From Eubacteriales bacterium (GTDB lineage Bacteria; Bacillota; Clostridia; Oscillospirales; CAG-272): a DNA stretch of 42,339 nucleotides. The stretch lies in NCBI GenBank assembly GCA_045589735.1, contig JAZNPQ010000009.1, positions 1-42,339 of the forward strand, given 5' to 3'. The position numbers and the translations under genes are program-made. A model generated the notes under the pieces. The model searched no databases and had not been told where the DNA came from. It saw only the letters and a list, made by a program, of their open reading frames with translations. The stretch's first letter is position 1; every line of letters begins with the position of its first letter. Below are positions 17,154 through 27,020 of this stretch, one piece after another.

Positions 17154-18068
17154 ATGAAACTTTCGTTCGGTTCAGCTTTTCAACAAGCAGGAGAAAAACA
17201 CTCTCACCTTGAGCTTCTCAAGATAGCCAAGGAAATAGGCTTTGGATGTTATGACCTCGACCTCGGTCTTGCGGGAAGTATGACAGGTGAAGACAGAGAT
17301 TCCAATGCTGAGACTTGGAAAAATTTGTTTGAGGAGGCAGGGGTTTCGGTGACTCAAACTCACGCGCCAAAAAAATCGTTTGAGATCGTAACGGGATGTC
17401 TCTTTTTCTGCCAAAAGGCAGGCTTCCCAAACGTAATTGTCCACCCTATTGCCACCCCTAATAATACTCGCGACGAGTTCTGGGAAAAAAACATAACACG
17501 AATAAAATCTTTTATTCCGTACGTTGAAGAAACGGGTGTCGAGATACTCGTTGAAAATATCGGTCAGTATACAGACCCGTATTTCTTCTGGTCAGGCAAG
17601 GATCTGCGCGCTTTTCTTGACGAGATAGATCATCCGCTTATAAACGCTTGTTGGGATATAGGTCACGCCAACCACTTCTACTATATGCACGTCGGCGGAA
17701 GCCAGTACAATTCCATAATCACTCTCGGCGACAAACTCAAAGCGATCCATGCTCACGACAATATAGGATACTTCACGCACTACACGCAGGGGGTCATTGA
17801 TATGCATATGATGCCCTATGCGACAGGCGGTTGCTCCGTAAGCTGGGATGCTGTTCTGCAAGGTCTTAAGGATATAAACTATAAAGGCACGTTCAATTTT
17901 GAAACTCCCGGTGTATTCACATCAAAGAGGGCGGTAGATTTCGTTTATAACGGTGAGGTCGTAGACAGACTTAAGAAGCCTTCCTTTGAGGTTTGGAAGG
18001 CAAGCACGCAGCTTCTTCACGCAATAGGTAAATCTATGCTTGAAGAGTATGATATGTTTGAGGAATAA
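17154..18068 (+). CDS. Sugar phosphate isomerase/epimerase-like TIM-barrel protein (paralog 1)
   Basis: WDIGHANH and HAHDN motifs. Roughly two-thirds identical by eye to the next gene. Confidence 0.7.
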   Translation: MKLSFGSAFQQAGEKHSHLELLKIAKEIGFGCYDLDLGLAGSMTGEDRDSNAETWKNLFEEAGVSVTQTHAPKKSFEIVTGCLFFCQKAGFPNVIVHPIATPNNTRDEFWEKNITRIKSFIPYVEETGVEILVENIGQYTDPYFFWSGKDLRAFLDEIDHPLINACWDIGHANHFYYMHVGGSQYNSIITLGDKLKAIHAHDNIGYFTHYTQGVIDMHMMPYATGGCSVSWDAVLQGLKDINYKGTFNFETPGVFTSKRAVDFVYNGEVVDRLKKPSFEVWKASTQLLHAIGKSMLEEYDMFEE

Positions 18069-18101
18069 AGTAGTTTCAAAAAATAAAAAAGGAGATCGCT
18101 T

Positions 18102-19025
18102 ATGAAGCTTTCTTTAGGTTCGGCTTTTCAGCAGGCAGGAGAAAAGCACACACCGCTTGAGCTTTTGAAGCTTTGCTATGAAATCGGTTTCAGAGGCTAC
18201 GACCTCAGCATCTCTGCAAATATGGCAGCAGATGAGGATCGGAATGCTAAGGCGTCATATTGGAAAAGTTTGTTTGAAGAATCGGGGCTTGAAGTTACAC
18301 AGACTCACGCACCGTTCAAAAACAGTGAACCTATGTTTGACGCGGTCAGCGGTACTTTGTATTTTTGTGAAAAGGCAGGCTTTAAAAATACCGTTATTCA
18401 CCCTGTTGGATACGACGGAAACTCACGCGACGAATTTTTTGAAAACAATCTAAAATACGTACGCTCTCTTATCCCTCACGTTGAGGCGACCGGAACCGAG
18501 CTTCTCGTTGAAAATATCGGTCAGTATACAGACCCGTATTTCTTCTGGTCGGCCAAGGATATGCGTGAATTTCTTGATGAGGTCAACCATCCGCTTGTTA
18601 ACGCTTGTTGGGATATAGGTCACGCAAACCATTTCTACTATATGCACGTCGGCGGAAGTCCGTACGATTCGATAGTCACGCTCGGAGACAAACTTAAAGC
18701 AGTCCATGCGCATGACAACGTCGGATATTTCACCCACCACAAGCAGATAACCATCGATATGCACATGATGCCCTATGCCTCAGGCTTCTGCTCTGTTAAC
18801 TGGGATGCCGTTATGCAAGGGCTTAAGGACATAAACTACAAGGGTACGTTCAATTTCGAGACCGGTGGAGTATCATCTGTAAAGAAAAGACCTGAATTTG
18901 TATATGACGGAGAGGTGGTTCACACTTTGGAAACACCGTCGTTTGAGGTCTGGAGAGACGGCACACGTCTGCTTCACTCAATAGGTAAATCTATGCTTGA
19001 AGCATACGGTATGTACGAAGAATAA
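18102..19025 (+). CDS. Sugar phosphate isomerase/epimerase-like TIM-barrel protein (paralog 2)
   Basis: Tandem paralog of 17154-18068. Long identical blocks such as LVENIGQYTDPYFFWS and ACWDIGHANHFYYMHVGGS. Confidence 0.7.
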   Translation: MKLSLGSAFQQAGEKHTPLELLKLCYEIGFRGYDLSISANMAADEDRNAKASYWKSLFEESGLEVTQTHAPFKNSEPMFDAVSGTLYFCEKAGFKNTVIHPVGYDGNSRDEFFENNLKYVRSLIPHVEATGTELLVENIGQYTDPYFFWSAKDMREFLDEVNHPLVNACWDIGHANHFYYMHVGGSPYDSIVTLGDKLKAVHAHDNVGYFTHHKQITIDMHMMPYASGFCSVNWDAVMQGLKDINYKGTFNFETGGVSSVKKRPEFVYDGEVVHTLETPSFEVWRDGTRLLHSIGKSMLEAYGMYEE

Positions 19026-19035
19026 AATAATAAGA

Positions 19036-19060
19036 ATCTCGGAGCTGACAGCTCCGAGAT
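19036..19060. terminator. Bidirectional terminator
   Basis: atctcggagc-tgaca-gctccgagat flanked by A and T runs, between convergent genes. Confidence 0.7.
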
Positions 19061-19065
19061 TTTTA

Positions 19066-19230
19066 TTATTTTTTATCTTTCTTTTTCTTTGTTTTAAGTT
19101 GTCTCAATACCGAAAAATTTGCTATTACGTAGGTCGCCATTATAATGATTCCTATGATCAGAAATACGCCAAGCAGACCTATTCCCATATATTTGAGATT
19201 TTCAATAAAATTATAAGGTTCGAATATCAT
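19066..19230 (-). CDS. OadG-like small membrane subunit of a Na+-translocating decarboxylase
   Basis: 54 aa: MIFEPYNFIENLKYMGIGLLGVFLIIGIIIMATYVI. One TM helix and a basic tail. Downstream of oadB. Start placed at the ATG after the repeat-borne GGAG. Confidence 0.55.
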   Translation of the reverse strand: MIFEPYNFIENLKYMGIGLLGVFLIIGIIIMATYVIANFSVLRQLKTKKKKDKK

Positions 19231-19397
19231 AATAATCTCCATTCCGCCGCCATAGCGGCGGCACAACAAAATAATAAAATTCAAATGCGTTCGCTTTGCG
19301 AACAAAAATGGGTTCGGGTCCCATTTTTAATTTGAATTTGGTAGCGTGACAAGTGAATTTCACACACAGTATGATAATCTTTCACGCTAATCTCCTT
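19231..19397 (-). repeat. 166-bp structured intergenic repeat, copy 2
   Basis: Its reverse complement aligns with 11904-12069. It has the same polarity relative to the flanking genes. Confidence 0.8.
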
Positions 19398-19400
19398 TCA

Positions 19401-20546
19401 TTACGAGAAGAATCCAAGCACGAGTGCGCCCGCGATAACCGAGGCTATCTGTCCCGAAACGTTAACACCTATCGAATGCATAAGCAGGAAGTTCTGGTTG
19501 TCCTCTTCAAGTGCAAGCTTATGAACGATACGTCCGGACATCGGGAATGCCGAAATACCGGCAGCACCTATCATAGGATTGATAAGTGGCTTCTTAAGAA
19601 GCTTCATAATTACGTTATAGAGCTTTGCAAACAGTACGCCGCCGGCAGTATCGAAGATGAACGCAACGAGACCGAGTCCCATAATGAGAAGAGTTGCGGG
19701 AGCGAGGAACTGTTCGTAATGCATATTGAATGCTATAGTGATTCCGAGCAATATTGTTATAAGGTTTGCAAGCACCTTCTGCGCTGTCTCGGATATAGAA
19801 TCAAGGACTCCGCACTCACGGATAAGATTACCGAACATAAGGAATCCGATAAGAGATCCTGCCGCAGGAGCAAAGATACACGCTACTATAGAAATAATTA
19901 TCGGGAAAAGAATTCTCGTTGTCTTGGATACCGACTTCTGCTCGTACGGCATACGAATCATTCTTTCCTTCTTTGTTGTGAGCAGCTTGATAACCGGGGG
20001 CTGTATAATAGGAACGAGCGCCATATAAGAGTACGCCGCGACGGTAATCGCGCCTATATAATTAGAGCCGAGCGCGTTTGCAACAACGATTGAGGTTGGT
20101 CCGTCTGCCGCACCGATAATAGATATCGACGCCGCATCCTTTATTTCGGGGAAGAAAATTGAAGCCGTACAAAGTGTAAAGAATATACCAAACTGCGCGG
20201 CAGCTCCGAACAGCATAAGCTTAGGGTTGGTAAGCAGCGGTCCGAAGTCTATCATAGCCCCGATTCCTATAAACAAAAGCAGAGGAAACAGCTCGTTTGC
20301 AATACCCGCGTTATAAAGCGTTTCAAGAGGCTCTGCGATTCCGCCAAAATGCCTTACACCGTCAACGTAGGTAACGACACCCGGGAAGTTCATAAAAATT
20401 GCTCCGAAGCCGATAGGCAAAAGAAGCGTCGGTTCCATTTGCTTTTTGATAGCCAAAAAGATCAGTATTCCGCCAATCAGCCACATCAGCATCATTCTGA
20501 CGTCGAGCTGAGTTGCGGGTTCAAACAGTTTGATCAGTTCTCCCAT
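19401..20546 (-). CDS. Sodium ion-translocating decarboxylase beta subunit (OadB/GcdB/MmdB family)
   Basis: 381-aa polytopic protein with family-typical GIANELFPLLLFIGIGAMIDFGPLL. Confidence 0.8.
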   Translation of the reverse strand: MGELIKLFEPATQLDVRMMLMWLIGGILIFLAIKKQMEPTLLLPIGFGAIFMNFPGVVTYVDGVRHFGGIAEPLETLYNAGIANELFPLLLFIGIGAMIDFGPLLTNPKLMLFGAAAQFGIFFTLCTASIFFPEIKDAASISIIGAADGPTSIVVANALGSNYIGAITVAAYSYMALVPIIQPPVIKLLTTKKERMIRMPYEQKSVSKTTRILFPIIISIVACIFAPAAGSLIGFLMFGNLIRECGVLDSISETAQKVLANLITILLGITIAFNMHYEQFLAPATLLIMGLGLVAFIFDTAGGVLFAKLYNVIMKLLKKPLINPMIGAAGISAFPMSGRIVHKLALEEDNQNFLLMHSIGVNVSGQIASVIAGALVLGFFS

Positions 20547-20723
20547 TTTTTTACTCCTAAAAGATTAATTATACTTCCCATTCATTGTACTATGATAGCA
20601 CAAAAAAGTCAAGAAGCCTTTTGAAATTTATCATTTTTTGTTTACAATTATTACAACCTGCTTTCACAGTATGTATCTGTCGGTCATTTTTGGGAATAAT
20701 ACGTTCAGACTTATTATACCCAT

Positions 20724-21383
20724 TTAGAGCAGCTTAAAATAGTTTTTTGTGCTTTCAAGTATTCCCTCTCGCCTCAGCTTCGCTATCTCAGCCGAAAGTC
20801 CGCTTCTCTCAACCTCAAGATAGTCGGCAAGCTCCTGACGGTCAAACGGTATATTAAAGCCGTCGCTGCCCGCGCGTTTTGCGCACATCATAAGGTAAGT
20901 CATCAGCTTTTCCCTCGTCGTTCTTTTTGAGATAACCTCTATCTTTTGGTTAAATACTATCGTTTTTCTTGCAAGGTCCTTCATAAGATTAAATATAAGC
21001 TGCTTATGGAAGCCGCAGCTGTTTTCACAGGTGCTGAGTATATGCGATGCGTTTATGAGCATTATCTCGCTCGGCTCGTTGGCAATCACATTTACGGGAA
21101 CAGAATCCATTTCAGCGCAGGAAAAAGCCTCTCCGAACAGCTCAGACTCACCGACCTCTGCGAGTATGCTTCGGTTTCCGTAATAATCGGTGCGTATTAT
21201 CTGACAAGAGCCTGACAGCACGATACCGAGATATTTCGCAGGCGAGCCTTCCGCCATAACAGTGTATTTTTTGTCAAACGATTCCACCCTTGCGCCAAGA
21301 CAGACGAGCATTTTTTTGAGCTGTTCGTCGTTTATGTCGTCAAAAAGAGTGCATTTTCTGATAGAATTAAAATATTTTTTCAT
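20724..21383 (-). CDS. Crp/Fnr family transcriptional regulator
   Basis: 219 aa with a cNMP-binding-like N-terminus and a C-terminal HTH (RQELADYLEVERSGLSAEIAKL). Confidence 0.8.
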   Translation of the reverse strand: MKKYFNSIRKCTLFDDINDEQLKKMLVCLGARVESFDKKYTVMAEGSPAKYLGIVLSGSCQIIRTDYYGNRSILAEVGESELFGEAFSCAEMDSVPVNVIANEPSEIMLINASHILSTCENSCGFHKQLIFNLMKDLARKTIVFNQKIEVISKRTTREKLMTYLMMCAKRAGSDGFNIPFDRQELADYLEVERSGLSAEIAKLRREGILESTKNYFKLL

Positions 21384-21515
21384 GTTTTCCTCGATTTTGT
21401 TGAAAATTCAACATACTTTACGGATAGATTATACTATAATATGCTCATAAAAGCAAGAGCGCATCAAAAAATTCTGAAAATACATAAAATTTTATTTAGA
21501 GGATGTATTAGATAT

Positions 21516-22550
21516 ATGAAGGTTGCATTTTTTGACACAAAGCCGTATGACCGCGAGACCTTTGACAAATACGCGGAGCAAAACGGCATAAAATTCAAAT
21601 ACTACGAAACAAAGCTCAACCCCGACACCGTCGGCCTTGCACAAGGCTACGATGCCGTATGCGCTTTCGTCAACGATACGGTAAACGACACGGTCATAGA
21701 TAAGCTGAACGAATTCGGCGTCAATATTCTCGCGCTCAGATGCGCGGGCTTTAACAACGTGGATATGAAGCACGCCTACGGAAAGCTCCACGTGCTGCGA
21801 GTTCCCGCGTATTCACCGTATGCCGTCGCAGAGCATGCAATGGCATTGCTTCTAACCTCGATAAGACGTATTCACAAAGCGTATATACGCTCAAAGGATT
21901 TCAATTTCAGTCTGTCGGGTCTTACCGGCTTTGACCTTTACGGAAAAACGGTCGGCGTTGTAGGAACAGGTCGAATCGGTCGCGTATTTATCGACATCTG
22001 CCGCGGCTTTGGTATGAAGGTTTTAGCTTATGATAAATACCCCGCAAAAGAGCTTGATAACGGTGACACGGTACGCTACGTCGGTCTTGACGAGCTTTTT
22101 GATAGCTGTGACATAATCTCTCTGCACTGCCCTCTCACCGATGACACCTATCATATGATAAACGCAGAAGCTCTCGCAAAATGCCGCAAGGGCGTGGTTA
22201 TTATAAACACCTCACGCGGCGCTCTGGTTGATGCCGAGGCGCTTCTCGCCGCAATAAAATCACGTCAGGTCGGCGCCGCCTGCCTTGACGTTTACGAGGA
22301 AGAGTCCGATGTTTTCTTCGAGGACAATTCGGGTCACATTATGGAGGACGATACCCTTGCAAGACTTATTTCGATGCCTAACGTGATAGTTACATCGCAT
22401 CAGGCATTCCTTACGCGCGAGGCTCTCGAAAATATAGCCGACACCACTGTACGAAATCTTAAAGAGCTTACAGAAAACGGAGAATGCCCCAACGAGCTGT
22501 GCTTCAAATGCGGTTCGGTAGATGATTGCAAACACGGGAAATGCTTTTAA
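21516..22550 (+). CDS. ldhA: D-lactate dehydrogenase / D-2-hydroxyacid dehydrogenase
   Basis: Starts MKVAFFDTKPYD. NAD-binding motif GVVGTGRIG. Carries a short Cys-rich C-terminal tail (CPNELCFKCGSVDDCKHGKCF). Confidence 0.75.
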   Translation: MKVAFFDTKPYDRETFDKYAEQNGIKFKYYETKLNPDTVGLAQGYDAVCAFVNDTVNDTVIDKLNEFGVNILALRCAGFNNVDMKHAYGKLHVLRVPAYSPYAVAEHAMALLLTSIRRIHKAYIRSKDFNFSLSGLTGFDLYGKTVGVVGTGRIGRVFIDICRGFGMKVLAYDKYPAKELDNGDTVRYVGLDELFDSCDIISLHCPLTDDTYHMINAEALAKCRKGVVIINTSRGALVDAEALLAAIKSRQVGAACLDVYEEESDVFFEDNSGHIMEDDTLARLISMPNVIVTSHQAFLTREALENIADTTVRNLKELTENGECPNELCFKCGSVDDCKHGKCF

Positions 22551-22568
22551 ATAATAAGGAGAAAAACT

Positions 22569-23270
22569 ATGATAAGAAAAATAATCAACATCGACAAAGA
22601 AAAATGTAACGGCTGCGGCGCATGCGCCAAGGCGTGTCACGAGGGCGCTATCGAGATGATAGACGGCAAGGCAGAGCTGACTCGCGAGGACTACTGTGAC
22701 GGTCTCGGTGACTGTCTGCCCGCCTGCCCCACGGGCGCTATCACCTTCGAGGAAAGAGAAGCCCCCGAGTATGACGAAGCCGCAGTACTTCGGGCAAAAG
22801 CTCAAAAAATCGGCATAAAGCTCCCCTGCGGCTGTCCCGGCACGGCGGCTAAAGCAATAAAACGAAACGACGATAACATTCCGTCAGTTCGTCCGTCGGC
22901 ATCGGTCAGCCGTCTGTCTCAGTGGCCGTGTCAGATAAAGCTCGTGCCGCCTCACGCTCCGTATTTCGATAACGCAAACCTGCTTATCGCCGCTGACTGT
23001 ACGGCTTACGCCTACGGAAGCTTCCACGAGGATTTCATAAAAAATCACATAACTCTTATCGGCTGTCCGAAGCTCGACGTCGGTGACTATACCGAAAAGC
23101 TCACCGAGATTATACGTAACAATAATATAAAAAGCGTAAAGGTAGTTCGCATGGAGGTTCCCTGCTGCGGCGGTATCGAAAACGCTGTCAAGAACGCGCT
23201 TAGGTCAAGCGGTAAGTTTATACCTTGGCAGATAGTAACCGTATCTACCGATGGAAAAATTTTAGAATAA
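22569..23270 (+). CDS. 4Fe-4S dicluster domain-containing protein
   Basis: CNGCGACAKAC and CDGLGDCLPACP ferredoxin motifs, plus further Cys pairs. Confidence 0.7.
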   Translation: MIRKIINIDKEKCNGCGACAKACHEGAIEMIDGKAELTREDYCDGLGDCLPACPTGAITFEEREAPEYDEAAVLRAKAQKIGIKLPCGCPGTAAKAIKRNDDNIPSVRPSASVSRLSQWPCQIKLVPPHAPYFDNANLLIAADCTAYAYGSFHEDFIKNHITLIGCPKLDVGDYTEKLTEIIRNNNIKSVKVVRMEVPCCGGIENAVKNALRSSGKFIPWQIVTVSTDGKILE

Positions 23271-23346
23271 TTTTTTTTACTATTGTTTTTAAAGAAGATT
23301 TGTTGTATAATACATACTGAAGTACAAAAAAATCAAGAGGTGCAAA

Positions 23347-25137
23347 ATGAACATAACCAACGATATAAAGTATATCGGTGTCAATGACCGTAAGGTCGAT
23401 CTGTTTGAGGGTCAGTATGAGGTTCCGAACGGTATATCATATAACTCTTATGCCATAATCGATGACAAAATAGCAATTATGGACACTGTCGATGCGTCGT
23501 TCACTCACGAATGGCTCGACAATATCCAGAATACGCTCGGTTCAAGAAAGCCCGACTATCTTATCATTCAGCATATGGAGCCCGACCACTCGGCAAACAT
23601 CGTGAATTTCCTTAAGGCTTATCCGAATGCGCAGGTGGTCTCATCTGCAAAAGCATTTACAATGATGAAAAACTTTTTCGGCAAGGATTTATCTGAAAAC
23701 GGTATCGTTGTCGGCGAAGGCGACACACTCACACTCGGAAAACACACGCTTACCTTCGTGACGGCCCCTATGGTGCATTGGCCCGAGGTCATAGTCACAT
23801 ACGACAGCACCGATAAGGTTCTCTTCTCTGCCGACGGATTCGGTAAATTCGGCGCGCTTGACACCGACGAGGATTGGGCGTGCGAGGCAAGAAGATACTA
23901 TATAGGCATCGTCGGTAAATACGGCGCGCAGGTTCAGTCTCTTCTTAAAAAAGCGGCAGGACTTGACATAAAATATATCTGTCCGCTTCACGGTCCTGTG
24001 CTTGACGGCGACCTTGACTACTATATTGCAAAATATTACACGTGGTCGAGCTATCAGCCCGAGGACGAGGGTATAGTTATCGCTTATACCTCTGTATACG
24101 GCAATACCAAAAAAGCAGTGCTTCAGCTTGCAGACAAGCTAAAAGAAAAGGGATGTCCCAAGGTCACAGTCTACGACCTTGCAAGATGCGATATGGCAGA
24201 GGCGGTCGAGGATGCATTCAGATACAGTAAGCTCGTTCTTGCAACCACCACGTATAACGCAGGCATTTTCCCGTATATGCGTGAGTTTATAAATCACCTT
24301 ACAGAGCGTAATTTCTCAAACAGAACCGTCGCATTTATCGAAAACGGAAGCTGGGCACCTCTTGCAGCAAAGGTCATGAAGGGTATGCTCGAGGACTGCA
24401 AAAACATTACCTTTGCAGAAAATTCCGTAAAGATACTTTCCGCTTTGAACGAGGACAGCACAGCACAGCTGAACGCTCTTGCCGATGAGCTATGCCGCGA
24501 GTATCTTGCGCAGCAGGATTCAACAGCAAACAAGAACGACCTGACCGCTCTTTTCAATATCGGCTACGGTCTCTACGTTATCACCTCGAACGACGGCAAA
24601 AAGGACAACGGTCTTATTGTAAATACTGTAACACAGGTGACGAATACACCTAACAGGATCGCCGTTACCATCAATAAGGCAAATTACTCTCACCACATTA
24701 TTAAGCAGACAGGCAAGATGAATATCAACTGTCTCACAGTCGATGCTCCCTTCAAGGTGTTTGAGACGTTCGGCTTTGTCAGCGGAAGAAACGTAGACAA
24801 ATTTGCAGACTGCGAGCCGCTTCGTTCGGATAACGGTCTTGTATTCCTGCCGAGATATATCAATTCGTTTATGTCGCTTAAGGTCGAGCAATATATAGAC
24901 ATCGACACACACGGAATGTTCATCTGCTCGATAACCGAGTCGAGAGTTATCTCCGACAGAGAGACAATGACCTACACCTACTATCAGAACAACGTTAAGC
25001 CGAAGCCCAAGACCGACGGCAAGAAGGGGTATGTCTGCAAGATCTGCGGATACGTTTATGAGGGCGAAACGCTTCCCGAGGATTTCATCTGTCCTCTTTG
25101 CAAGCACGGCGCGTCCGATTTTGAAGAAATAAAATAA
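23347..25137 (+). CDS. Multidomain flavodiiron protein (MBL-like diiron + flavodoxin + flavin-reductase-like + C-terminal rubredoxin)
   Basis: 596 aa. FprA-type N-terminus (HMEPDHS), a flavodoxin-like segment (IAYTSVYGNTKK), an FMN split-barrel-like segment, and a CKICG...CPLC rubredoxin at the C-terminus. Confidence 0.8.
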   Translation: MNITNDIKYIGVNDRKVDLFEGQYEVPNGISYNSYAIIDDKIAIMDTVDASFTHEWLDNIQNTLGSRKPDYLIIQHMEPDHSANIVNFLKAYPNAQVVSSAKAFTMMKNFFGKDLSENGIVVGEGDTLTLGKHTLTFVTAPMVHWPEVIVTYDSTDKVLFSADGFGKFGALDTDEDWACEARRYYIGIVGKYGAQVQSLLKKAAGLDIKYICPLHGPVLDGDLDYYIAKYYTWSSYQPEDEGIVIAYTSVYGNTKKAVLQLADKLKEKGCPKVTVYDLARCDMAEAVEDAFRYSKLVLATTTYNAGIFPYMREFINHLTERNFSNRTVAFIENGSWAPLAAKVMKGMLEDCKNITFAENSVKILSALNEDSTAQLNALADELCREYLAQQDSTANKNDLTALFNIGYGLYVITSNDGKKDNGLIVNTVTQVTNTPNRIAVTINKANYSHHIIKQTGKMNINCLTVDAPFKVFETFGFVSGRNVDKFADCEPLRSDNGLVFLPRYINSFMSLKVEQYIDIDTHGMFICSITESRVISDRETMTYTYYQNNVKPKPKTDGKKGYVCKICGYVYEGETLPEDFICPLCKHGASDFEEIK

Positions 25138-25161
25138 TATAATCATAGAAGGAGAAAAATT

Positions 25162-25320
25162 ATGAAATACGTATGTGATGTATGCGGATGGGAATACGAC
25201 GAGGCAGTCGGTTCTCCCGATAACGGTATCGCTCCCGGAACAAAATTCGAGGATCTTCCCGAGGATTTTGAGTGTCCCCTTTGCGGTGTCGGCAAGGACA
25301 GCTTCAGCAAAGCAGAATAA
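25162..25320 (+). CDS. Rubredoxin
   Basis: 52 aa: [14 protein letters not shown]...[16 protein letters not shown] aaggag. Too short for the ORF track. Confidence 0.85.
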   Translation: MKYVCDVCGWEYDEAVGSPDNGIAPGTKFEDLPEDFECPLCGVGKDSFSKAE

Positions 25321-25335
25321 ATTAAGAAACTAACT

Positions 25336-25361
25336 ATCCGCTTGGTCTTAACCAAGCGGAT
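25336..25361 (+). terminator. Intrinsic terminator
   Basis: atccgcttggt-ctta-accaagcggat followed by ttgttt. Confidence 0.65.
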
Positions 25362-25574
25362 TTGTTTAGAATAACAGAAATACACAGACGGACCTGTAGC
25401 CGTTCTGAAAATTAAATTAGTTTGAATTATTGCTAAATGTTATTGACATTTTGATATAAGCAATGTACAATTAGTATGTGTTTTTATACAGAAAAAACAA
25501 ATACTCGCAAAAGAGCAACCAAGAAAGGAAGTCACTATGAAAAAATTAGTAAGCATATTGCATATCTGCGTACT

Positions 25575-26939
25575 ATGATATCTTGTGCGTCAGGTGGCGG
25601 CGATGAAACAACAGGAGCTGACGTTCAAACCACAGAGCCGCAAGACGGAACGACCACAGTCGGAGCGACAGACGAAACCTCTCAGCCTCAGGATGAAACG
25701 ACCACAAGCGGAGCGACAGACGAAACCACCGAAGCTGACAGCACGACCTCTCAGCCGCCCGAGAACAACAGTCCGTTTGGAATCAGTATGTCTGACCTTA
25801 ACGATATGATGCAACCGATCTTTTCCGGCGATACGGTAAAAAATGAGACCATTATGTTCATAGAAAAAGGTGAGGTCAAAAAGCTTTTGTTCCCAATATA
25901 TAGCGTGATTTCGGTTACGTCCTATGACGGCAAAAAAGTTTATAAGGAAGGCGTAGACTATTCTATAACAAACGGAAAGATCAAGGTCCTTGAAAATTCA
26001 TCTATCCCGTGTATCACTACCGCAAAATATTACGACTGCCCGGGAAGTAAGCTGAATACCCTGTACAACGGCGTATCAACTCCTACGTATTGGGGAGAAA
26101 ATAAGATGGACGAGTGGCAGGTCAACGTAAACTACACCCACTCAAAAAAATGGAGTGGTTTTGAACAGGATTGTCAGGCTGATATATTTGAGAATTTCAT
26201 AAAGAAGCTTCAGAACGGTGAAAACGTAACCGTGTTCTTCTACGGAGACTCTATCACCAACGGAGCAAACGCAAGCTTTTACGCTAATATTGAGCCTTAC
26301 CAGCACAGCTACCCGATGCTCTTCACCGAGGCTTTAGCGGACCTTTTTGGTTACACAGTAAAATATGTAGAAGTCAACGAACGTCTCAACGGAACCGCCC
26401 GCGTACCCGGTAGCAAATATGTTGGCGGTACAAACGGTACAATAACCTACGTTAACACAGCTGTCGGCGGCTGGAACACCAAGAACGGAGCCGATAACGT
26501 TAAGACATACGTTAATAATTTGGTGAAAACTTACGGTTGCGATCTGCTCGTTCTCGCTTACGGTATGAACGACGGCACAAACGCTCCCTCTTTTACGAGC
26601 AATAATCTCAAAGCAATTGTAGACAGTGTTCTTACCGACGCGCCCAATACAAGCGTTGCTTTGATAACTACTATGGTAAACAATCCGGCTGATACCGGAC
26701 GTTCTGCGACGGCTAAAGCAAATCAACGAGGCGCAATAGAGGATCTCGCAGAGAAATACGTTAAAGCCGGAATCCCCTGCGGAGTTTGCGATATGGGCTC
26801 CCTCAGCTTAGCTGTTTTGAAGCGTAAGGATTTCCACGACTACTCTGGAAATAACATTAATCACCCCAACGACTTCTTTGGCCGTGTTTACGCGCAAACC
26901 TTGCTCCAGACAGTTATCGGCTACGAAAACATGGGCTGA
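25575..26939 (+). CDS. SGNH/GDSL hydrolase family protein with a Thr/Asp/Glu-rich linker; the signal peptide appears split by a frameshift
   Basis: GDSL block FFYGDSITNG. The N-terminus MISCASGGG looks like the lipobox end of a signal peptide. Its n- and h-regions (MKKLVSILHICVL) are encoded in another frame at 25537-25575. Confidence 0.65.
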   Translation: MISCASGGGDETTGADVQTTEPQDGTTTVGATDETSQPQDETTTSGATDETTEADSTTSQPPENNSPFGISMSDLNDMMQPIFSGDTVKNETIMFIEKGEVKKLLFPIYSVISVTSYDGKKVYKEGVDYSITNGKIKVLENSSIPCITTAKYYDCPGSKLNTLYNGVSTPTYWGENKMDEWQVNVNYTHSKKWSGFEQDCQADIFENFIKKLQNGENVTVFFYGDSITNGANASFYANIEPYQHSYPMLFTEALADLFGYTVKYVEVNERLNGTARVPGSKYVGGTNGTITYVNTAVGGWNTKNGADNVKTYVNNLVKTYGCDLLVLAYGMNDGTNAPSFTSNNLKAIVDSVLTDAPNTSVALITTMVNNPADTGRSATAKANQRGAIEDLAEKYVKAGIPCGVCDMGSLSLAVLKRKDFHDYSGNNINHPNDFFGRVYAQTLLQTVIGYENMG

Positions 26940-27020
26940 TAATAAATGTTAATAAAAAAGACAAGAAATCAGTCCGAATCTTACGAAACGGACTGATTTT
27001 TTGTTTGAAGTTTTACATCT

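Noticed and set aside
22260-22805. 181-aa minus-strand ORF spanning the ldhA/Fe-S gene junction
   Set aside because: It is antisense to two strongly supported genes and has no motifs.
24520-25146. 208-aa minus-strand ORF
   Set aside because: It is antisense to the flavin-reductase and rubredoxin modules of the flavodiiron gene.
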